This document shows, one piece after another, positions 57,038-64,000 of a stretch of 64,000 nt of DNA. The notes beneath the pieces were generated by a model. It saw nothing but the letters and a program-made list of their open reading frames with translations. It was not told the origin of the DNA and ran no database searches. The DNA is from a virus. Position numbers and translations under genes: made by a program. The number at the start of each line of letters is the position of its first letter. The first letter of the stretch is position 1. The stretch spans positions 1 through 64,000 of the IMG/VR virus record IMGVR_UViG_3300042398_000319; one strand, given 5' to 3'.

Positions 57038-57532
57038 ATGATTGATCCAATGACAGCTCTTGCTGGTATACAATCAGCAATTAGCATGGTTAAGAAGGCT
57101 AGTGCCGTAGCCAATGATCTGGGCTCATTAGCCCCTATGATCGGTAAAATGTTTGATGCTAAGAGTACAGCTACTAAGGCTCTTATCGAGGCTAAACAAT
57201 CTGGCAAAGGCTCTAATATGGGCACTGCACTGCAAATCGAAATGGCTCTTGAGCAAGCTCGAGCATTTGAAGAAGAGTTAAAAATGCTCTTTATGCAGAC
57301 AGGTAAGATAGATGTATGGAATAAAATTAAGTCTCGCCAAGCTGAGATGGATCGTGATGATGCCATTGCTATGCGAAAGCTTAAGGATGCAGAGAAGAAA
57401 GCTAAAGAGGATGAAGAGTATTATACACAAATAGCTATTGCTGTTGGTGCTTTATTCTTTGTACTGTTTCTCTTGTTTGTTGGTATTAACGAACTTAGCA
57501 ATCTATGTCCTCCAGGTGGGTGTGGACGATGA
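57038..57532 (+). CDS. hypothetical membrane protein
   Basis: MIDPMTALA N-terminus, helical body, C-terminal TM segment. Confidence 0.7.
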   Translation: MIDPMTALAGIQSAISMVKKASAVANDLGSLAPMIGKMFDAKSTATKALIEAKQSGKGSNMGTALQIEMALEQARAFEEELKMLFMQTGKIDVWNKIKSRQAEMDRDDAIAMRKLKDAEKKAKEDEEYYTQIAIAVGALFFVLFLLFVGINELSNLCPPGGCGR

Positions 57533-57674
57533 ACGAGTATCAGAAGACTTTTGATTTATCTTTGAGAATCATTGTATATGGCCTAGTGGCATTATACTTC
57601 TTGGGATTTCTAAAATACCTACCAGATGATCTCGCAGAGAAACTCGTTAACCTATTACTAGGAAAGATTGGACT

Positions 57675-58223
57675 ATGACAGAAGAAAAGAAACCTCTAAG
57701 CAGAAGCGAAAGAGAAGCTCTACTAAAAGATAAGGCTGGCTGGGTTATTACAGTGCTTGCTGCATTGCTAGCTATTAACACTCTTATGGGTGGCTCTAAT
57801 AGTTCTAAAGTGTTAAACAACACAATCGAAGCAAACAACACATGGGCGTTTTATCAGTCTAAGGATATTAAAGGTCGCCTAGCTGAGATCTCTAAAGAGA
57901 ATGCTCTAGCTAAAGGTAACACCGTTAAGGCAGAAGAATTACAAAAGAAAATCGATAGATATGAGTCTGAACCTGCTACAGGCGAAGGTAAGAAAGAACT
58001 TATGGCCAAGGCTCGTAAGCTAGAGGCTGAGAGAGCAGTAGCTAAACAGCGCTCACCATTCTATACTTATGCAGGGTCACTATTCCAGATTGCTATCGTA
58101 TTATTAACCGCATCTATTCTTGCTGTTAATCGTAATCTATTCAGAGCCAGTATTGGTGTAGGTGCTGTAGCATCACTGCTAATGTCACAAGCCGTATGGT
58201 TGTGGCTACCACTAACAATTTAA
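57675..58223 (+). CDS. DUF4337-like membrane protein
   Basis: LAALLAI...WAFYQSK.IK...FQIAIVL; three TM segments. Confidence 0.65.
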   Translation: MTEEKKPLSRSEREALLKDKAGWVITVLAALLAINTLMGGSNSSKVLNNTIEANNTWAFYQSKDIKGRLAEISKENALAKGNTVKAEELQKKIDRYESEPATGEGKKELMAKARKLEAERAVAKQRSPFYTYAGSLFQIAIVLLTASILAVNRNLFRASIGVGAVASLLMSQAVWLWLPLTI

Positions 58224-58232
58224 GGAATTCTT

Positions 58233-58676
58233 ATGTCAGAAGAAATTAAGGACGAGGCTCCTAAGAAGGAAGAAGAAAGTTGGATCCAGAAGAAGTGGCG
58301 TCCAATGATGGCAGTAATGTACATGTGTGTATGTGCCTCTGACTTTATCTTGTTTCCTATTATGTTTACAATTGTACAGTTCTGGGAAACTGCTGTTCAG
58401 AATGATGCCTTTAGACAGTGGGCTCCATTGACCCTTCAGGGTGGTGGATTATTCCATATGGCTATGGGTGCTGTACTAGGTATTACTGCATGGTCAAGAG
58501 GTCAAGAGAAGATGGCGGGAGTAGCATCAACACCAACTCCAAGTCAGCCTATGGCTACCCCTCAAAGTGCTCCTATGCAACAAGCTTCGCCACCTCCAGC
58601 ACCTGCACAACCGCAGGTAACTACAGGCTATGGCGGTAAGTTAGCTCCTCCACCCTCAGATCATCCTCCTATCTAA
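58233..58676 (+). CDS. putative holin (GTA 3TM-holin-like)
   Basis: WRPMMA...FH.AMGAVLG..AWSRGQEK. Confidence 0.65.
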   Translation: MSEEIKDEAPKKEEESWIQKKWRPMMAVMYMCVCASDFILFPIMFTIVQFWETAVQNDAFRQWAPLTLQGGGLFHMAMGAVLGITAWSRGQEKMAGVASTPTPSQPMATPQSAPMQQASPPPAPAQPQVTTGYGGKLAPPPSDHPPI

Positions 58677-58685
58677 AGGATTAAA

Positions 58686-58868
58686 ATGAAACAATTAGTA
58701 TTACTATTTGCTCTTATGTTTATTGCTCCTACTGTTTATTCAGCAGAGCCAACAACAAAGAAGGTCTGTAAAGAGACTAAAGACCCTAAGACTGGTAAGT
58801 CTAAGGAAGTCTGTAAAGAAATTAAAGTTCATAAAAAGCTAGAGGGTACTGAAGTACCAAAGAAGTAA
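58686..58868 (+). CDS. small exported protein
   Basis: Signal peptide; two Cys; KVHKKLEG. Confidence 0.6.
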   Translation: MKQLVLLFALMFIAPTVYSAEPTTKKVCKETKDPKTGKSKEVCKEIKVHKKLEGTEVPKK

Positions 58869-58879
58869 GGATTTAGCTA

Positions 58880-59605
58880 ATGCAAAAAACCCGTAAAGTT
58901 CCACGTAAACAAGCTCAAGTATCACATATTGAGGATTACCAATCTAATGTTAAAGTTATTAAGGCCCCAAGGCCATTCCACGTTCAACCTAAGAATGACA
59001 AGCAGGACAATCTCCTTACTGCAATTCGTCACTACCCTATCACTGTCACTATTGGCTGCGCTGGTACAGGTAAAACTTATTGCTCCTCATCTATGGTAGC
59101 ATCCTTGTTCTTAACAGGCAAGTATGATAAAATAATTTTAAGTAGAGCTAACGTAGCTACGGGAAAATCTTTAGGACATTTTCCAGGGACCATCGCTGAT
59201 AAGATGGCTCCTTGGTTAATGCCTATTACTAGTGTTTTAGAGAAGTCTTTCGGGTTAGGCTTCTATCAATACTTAGTAAACAAAGGTTCAATCGAGATCC
59301 AACCACTAGAAACTATTCGTGGTCGATCTTATGAAAACTCACTTGTCATTGTAGACGAGTGTCAGAATTTAACATTTGAAGAGTTAAAGGCAATTACAAC
59401 ACGCCTTGGCGAGAACTCTAAAATGGTCCTCTGTGGCGATCCTGCCCAGAGTGATATTAACAGTGGTAAGGACATTTTAAAATTTGTCCAACTATGCAAG
59501 AAACATAACATTGACATTCCTATCATCGAGTTTGGTGTAGACGATATTGTTCGCTCAGACATCGTTGCAAAGATTGTTAGGATGCTTATGGAGGAGAAAC
59601 TTTAA
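58880..59605 (+). CDS. phoH: PhoH-family ATPase
   Basis: GCAGTGKT, RGRS, DECQN, TRLGENSK, GDPAQSD and DIVRS motifs. Confidence 0.92.
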   Translation: MQKTRKVPRKQAQVSHIEDYQSNVKVIKAPRPFHVQPKNDKQDNLLTAIRHYPITVTIGCAGTGKTYCSSSMVASLFLTGKYDKIILSRANVATGKSLGHFPGTIADKMAPWLMPITSVLEKSFGLGFYQYLVNKGSIEIQPLETIRGRSYENSLVIVDECQNLTFEELKAITTRLGENSKMVLCGDPAQSDINSGKDILKFVQLCKKHNIDIPIIEFGVDDIVRSDIVAKIVRMLMEEKL

Positions 59606-61228
59606 ATGGCAAACCTAACAACGACCCCATCAAAGGCTAAGACAAAGAGCCTAGGGGATCCAAATGCAGCATACGAGTCTATGCGCCCTCTCTGGGAAAA
59701 GGCCAGAGCTGTTCTTAATGGACAACAACATGCAAGAGCATACGATGATGTAATTGATACTGCAACATACAATAACTTGCTTTTGCCTTTCTCTCCAACA
59801 ATGACTGCACAACAGTATAACTTCTATCGTGCTGAAGGTGAGCTTCCTGGACTAACCGCACAATACGCTAAAGTTCTTGTTGGTGGATTGTTACGTAAAC
59901 AAGCGGCTATCGAACTTCCAGAGAATGTATTTCCTGAAGGAACTGAAGACTGGATTCGTACTTCTTTTGGTGCTGATGGTACTTCATTACATGGCTTCTT
60001 AGATGCGGCTATTTGGGAAGAGCTACAGTCATCAAGAGCTTGGTGTTTAGTAGACTATCCTACAGTTGCTAACCCAGATGCTCTCACTATGGAAGAGGCT
60101 AAGGCTTTGTCTCCATATGTAATGCTTATTCAAGCAGAGAACATTATTAACTGGCGTAGAGGTCAAGACCGTAATACAAACAAACAAGTATTAACAAGTT
60201 TACTTTTCCGCTACTACATGGAAGACTATTCTAAAAATGAATTCCACCCAGACTATGTAGATACTGTTACTCACTATCACTTAGATGAGTCAGGACTGCT
60301 TGTTGTAGATACCTACACACGAGACACTAATGAGTCTGTAAGCGTTATTAATGGTAACGTTACATCTAAGTATCAAACAGACAATGCTAATGCAGCATGG
60401 GTAAAGACACGTACAGAAGTACCTTTGATGAACGGTGAGAGAATGAACTTTATTCCTGCCTATCCATTGAATGGTCAAATTGACCCTGTTGAGCCAATCC
60501 TGCAATCACTGATTGATCGTGAAATTGCTCTGTACAACAAGGTTAGTCGTCGTAATCACTTGCTCTATGGTGCCGCTACTTACACTCCAGTAGTCATGTC
60601 AGATATGACTGATGAAGAGTTTGAAAACATTGTAGAGGCAGGTTTAGGTTCATGGATTAAACTCCGTGCTGGAGACGATATTAAAGCCTTAGATACACCA
60701 ACAGGTGCATTAAAGGATATGGAAAAGAGTATCGAAGCTACTATTGAAGAAATGGCTCGTATGGGCATTCGGATGCTTTCACCAGAGGGTTCTTCAGGTG
60801 AGTCAGGCGTAAGTCTAGAAATCCGTAATGCTGCTCAGACTGCTCAACTAGGTATGCTTAATACACGTATCTCAGAAACAATGAGACAGATCATTGCAGT
60901 AATGCTTAAGTGGAAATATAATATCGAAGTTCTTCCAACAGATATTAAGTTCACATTAAGCGCTGACTTTAACCCTACTCCTGTAGGCGCAGACTGGATG
61001 AGACTAGTTACAGAATGGTACCAGCAAGGTATTATTCCACGTTCTACATTTATCTCTATTGCTAAATTCAATGATGTACTCCCAGCTGAATACAACGATG
61101 AAGAAGGTGTTGCAGAGATCCAGAGTGATCCTCTTGTAGACACTAAGGCAATGAGTATAGACTCTTCAATTGCGGATACAGATAATATGCGCCCTAATAA
61201 TAGGGATGATGATAACGATAACGTATAA
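59606..61228 (+). CDS. portal protein
   Basis: 540 aa; LVDYP, PY...AENIINW, ESG.SL and SADF segments typical of DUF4055-like portals; between TerL and the MuF gene. Confidence 0.8.
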   Translation: MANLTTTPSKAKTKSLGDPNAAYESMRPLWEKARAVLNGQQHARAYDDVIDTATYNNLLLPFSPTMTAQQYNFYRAEGELPGLTAQYAKVLVGGLLRKQAAIELPENVFPEGTEDWIRTSFGADGTSLHGFLDAAIWEELQSSRAWCLVDYPTVANPDALTMEEAKALSPYVMLIQAENIINWRRGQDRNTNKQVLTSLLFRYYMEDYSKNEFHPDYVDTVTHYHLDESGLLVVDTYTRDTNESVSVINGNVTSKYQTDNANAAWVKTRTEVPLMNGERMNFIPAYPLNGQIDPVEPILQSLIDREIALYNKVSRRNHLLYGAATYTPVVMSDMTDEEFENIVEAGLGSWIKLRAGDDIKALDTPTGALKDMEKSIEATIEEMARMGIRMLSPEGSSGESGVSLEIRNAAQTAQLGMLNTRISETMRQIIAVMLKWKYNIEVLPTDIKFTLSADFNPTPVGADWMRLVTEWYQQGIIPRSTFISIAKFNDVLPAEYNDEEGVAEIQSDPLVDTKAMSIDSSIADTDNMRPNNRDDDNDNV

Positions 61229-61231
61229 TAA

Positions 61232-61272
61232 GGACATCCTTGATGTAGTTATTATGCGACATTAAGGAGTTC
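61232..61272 (+). promoter_or_regulatory. hairpin occluding the RBS of the MuF-fusion gene
   Basis: TCCTTGATGT (61237-61246) pairs with ACATTAAGGA (61259-61268), covering the AAGGAG Shine-Dalgarno. Confidence 0.5.
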
Positions 61273-61274
61273 AA

Positions 61275-64000
61275 ATGCCAACACCAATTAATACAGATCT
61301 TTATGATCGTATTATACAACACTTGGCTGATACAAGGCTATACGAGGCGGAAACCTCTACTAATGTAAGTAGGGGCATCCGTAGACATCAAAAAAGACTT
61401 AGAGATTTACTAAAGTCTAATATTAAAGCTGATGTTAAACCAGAAGTTACAAGGGCTACTCGTGAATTACACATGATAGTTGATAACTCTGTTACTGATT
61501 ATGCAGGAGCAGCAGTTAACTTCCATTCTAATAACCTAGATAGAAGTGCAGGTAACTTTTTTAGGGTTCAAAGGCCTAGAGCTAGTGACGCTATTCCTAA
61601 ACTAATTGGACCTAATATCAGTGCCTCTAAAACACTTAGAGAACATTTTGATACAATTGGTACAGCTGAATTAGCTAGAATTGATGGAAAAATTAAGTTA
61701 GGCCTGGCTGATGGTAAATCAACTAAACAAATCTTGGATGAGGTAATTCGTACTACTGCGCTTACTGAAGTACAGGCTAAGGTTCTTGTTAGAACAGCAA
61801 TTACCAATACTCAATCTACTGCAATGAATTTAGTAATGAGTCGTAATGAAGAGCTATTAATTGGTTACAGATTTACTGCTGTTCTTGACAATCGTACTTC
61901 TCCTATTTGTGCACACCACGATGGTCAGGTATATAAGATTAATGATTTAAGGTTTAGGCCCCCACTTCACTGGAACTGTCGTAGTTCTATGGTTCCTATT
62001 CTAAAGAATAAAGAACAACTACTAAAATCTCTTGAAGAGAAAGAGGATAGTAGACTTAAAGCTAATAAATTAAAAGAAACAAATCCAACATTACTTGATG
62101 GTAACCCACCTCCAGTAGAAACCTATAGTATTTGGCTTAAACGTCAACCTATGGCTGTGCAGGTTAAGCATTTAGGCAGTGAAGAAAAAGCTGGACTTTT
62201 ACAGAAAGGTGCACTAGAGGTAAAGGCGTTTACTACTGCTAAAGGTCAACAGCTAAGTATTGCGGCATTAAGAAAGCTTGATAATGCAAGAACACTGTGG
62301 TTTCCAACTAGACAAACTGCTGTATCTAAGGCTGAAGAAAACTTATTTCAGCTTAATGTAGCTAGACCTAATGAGTTACTACGAAATACAGAGGCTCAAA
62401 GACAATTAAGAGAGATGTATATAGCTGACTCAGATAATGTGGCTCAAGCTATTTCTTTGACAGACTATCGTGGTACTACACTAGCAGGTAAACGATCAGT
62501 TAGGATTAGATCTAACAATGAGTTTGATGAACGTAACAATAGCTTTGATCCATTTACTGGTGAACAAAGTTCTACACTATTGTATGATCCTGACTATATT
62601 ACACTTCAAGAACGACTTGACTTTGTTAAGAACTCAAAGGCTTTATCACAAGATCAAAAAGTTTGGATCAGAGACTTTGTGGAGAGTCTTGATGAGTCAG
62701 TATCTGTTAATCAACAAACCGCTGTAGCTGAAAATCTTCGTGTTGTGTTTGAACGATACAACAATAACAAAGAACCTTGGGTTAACTTCATGAACGTTGT
62801 TCGTGGAGAGATGCAGTACTCTGTTGTTAATACTAGTCGTATTCTTGATCGTAGGTCTAGAGCTAGATCTCAACAGTTTGACTCTTATGGGGTTGCCGGT
62901 GAGCCAGCTAAAGTCCAGATCTTTGGTAGATACTACACGTTTGATGAAATTACAAATAACACACTGTTAAACCAAAGATATAAAGAATCATGGGAAACTC
63001 GTCTTGGTAGACCTCTAGCCCGTAGACTTCTTTACACTGGACGTACCCCTCTTTATACATGGTTTAGAGGTCCGCTAACTAGGGATACAAAATCTTTTAG
63101 TAAACGACTTGAAACATTTGTCAGAGAAGAAATTCCGGGTGGAGCTTTATGGCTAGATCGTAATAAACCAAAAGAAGGTTTAATTGCACAGTTTATTAGA
63201 GAAAAGAAAGAAAGCTGGAGAAGAATTCTAGATTTAGAATTTTTGTACAAAGGTAATAAACAAAGTTATCTACAGCAATATATTGAAAACAAAACAAATG
63301 ATAAGTTTATTGTTGATGCATTATCAAGGGTAATTAGCGTTGTAGCAGATGGTAAATCTACTGACTATGACACATTGGCAATTAACATTGGTAAAGAACT
63401 AAGAAGCAACTGGAAGTATCCAGAGTTTCCTTTCTTTAAATCAACATTAAAAGATTATCATGAGGATGGCTCACAAATTTTAACTGCGTTAAGAGACTCA
63501 GGTTATATTAGAGTAGTTAAAAGAGGTAAGACGAGAAGATCAGTTGTAGACCTAGAGACAGGTCGTGCAAGTGGTCCGTGGAGGGATACTATCAGCCGTG
63601 AAGTTCAAATTCTAAATAAAGATATGCTTGATCTTCAACGGGTTAATAGGTCATTGATTGTAAGTCAACGTATAGGTATTGTAAACGATAGAGACCGACT
63701 CTTTGTTAGGCCTGGACAGAAAACTTATTTTGATGCTAGAGGTAGAAATACTGGGATCCCTATTATTACCCGTAGAGCTAATGCTAACTATGATAAGATA
63801 CTAATTGATAATGATTTTGCTAATATGCTTAATCATACTATGGCTACTAAATACGAAGTTGATAATGAATATGCTGGATTCATGGAAGATGTTGTGCGCT
63901 TTAGAGATCCCCGTGGGAATGTAAAGAAGTATGATGACTTAAATGACTTTAGAAAACTTATTTTAACTCGTGGTGATCAAGGCTATAGTTTTATACAAAC
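61275..64000 (+). CDS. MuF/SPP1-gp7-like head morphogenesis protein with large C-terminal extension, probably a T7-like RNA polymerase (partial, runs off window)
   Basis: AAGGAG RBS, open frame of at least 908 codons; MuF core RFTAVLDNRTSPICAHHDG...PPLHWNCRS; distal part resembles the RNAP N-terminal domain. Not in the ORF track. Confidence 0.85.
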   Translation, partial: MPTPINTDLYDRIIQHLADTRLYEAETSTNVSRGIRRHQKRLRDLLKSNIKADVKPEVTRATRELHMIVDNSVTDYAGAAVNFHSNNLDRSAGNFFRVQRPRASDAIPKLIGPNISASKTLREHFDTIGTAELARIDGKIKLGLADGKSTKQILDEVIRTTALTEVQAKVLVRTAITNTQSTAMNLVMSRNEELLIGYRFTAVLDNRTSPICAHHDGQVYKINDLRFRPPLHWNCRSSMVPILKNKEQLLKSLEEKEDSRLKANKLKETNPTLLDGNPPPVETYSIWLKRQPMAVQVKHLGSEEKAGLLQKGALEVKAFTTAKGQQLSIAALRKLDNARTLWFPTRQTAVSKAEENLFQLNVARPNELLRNTEAQRQLREMYIADSDNVAQAISLTDYRGTTLAGKRSVRIRSNNEFDERNNSFDPFTGEQSSTLLYDPDYITLQERLDFVKNSKALSQDQKVWIRDFVESLDESVSVNQQTAVAENLRVVFERYNNNKEPWVNFMNVVRGEMQYSVVNTSRILDRRSRARSQQFDSYGVAGEPAKVQIFGRYYTFDEITNNTLLNQRYKESWETRLGRPLARRLLYTGRTPLYTWFRGPLTRDTKSFSKRLETFVREEIPGGALWLDRNKPKEGLIAQFIREKKESWRRILDLEFLYKGNKQSYLQQYIENKTNDKFIVDALSRVISVVADGKSTDYDTLAINIGKELRSNWKYPEFPFFKSTLKDYHEDGSQILTALRDSGYIRVVKRGKTRRSVVDLETGRASGPWRDTISREVQILNKDMLDLQRVNRSLIVSQRIGIVNDRDRLFVRPGQKTYFDARGRNTGIPIITRRANANYDKILIDNDFANMLNHTMATKYEVDNEYAGFMEDVVRFRDPRGNVKKYDDLNDFRKLILTRGDQGYSFIQ

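Noticed and set aside
62518-62727. Small track ORFs at the window end (61568..61807, 62518..62727, 63053..63250)
   Set aside because: They lie within the long frame starting at 61275, which the track missed because it has no stop in the window.

Overview
This window is 64 kb of a lytic tailed dsDNA phage, with every credible gene on the + strand. The host is probably Gram-negative, because the phage has a spanin pair and a GH19 endolysin. Order of modules: siphovirus-like tail tip and two very long repeat-modular tail fibres (1-23.8 kb); an early region of small genes rich in structured RNA (23.8-26.3 kb); a T7-like single-subunit RNA polymerase; T7-like replication and nucleotide metabolism genes (SSB, PolA, exonuclease, primase-helicase, NrdAB, dCMP deaminase); many small ORFs; terminase, lysis, PhoH and portal. 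The window ends in a MuF/SPP1-gp7 head-protein ORF of at least 908 aa that is missing from the ORF track and runs off the edge. Main highlights: (1) the C-terminal part of the MuF ORF aligns by eye with the N-terminal half of T7-like RNA polymerases, suggesting a second, virion-packaged RNAP; (2) two unrelated intergenic repeat classes look like promoters for a two-polymerase programme; (3) a complete type I hammerhead ribozyme overlaps a stop codon in the early region; (4) six intergenic H-type pseudoknots share one topology; (5) a tRNA-like element has an aberrant anticodon arm. All alignments and folds were done by eye; no database searches were run.
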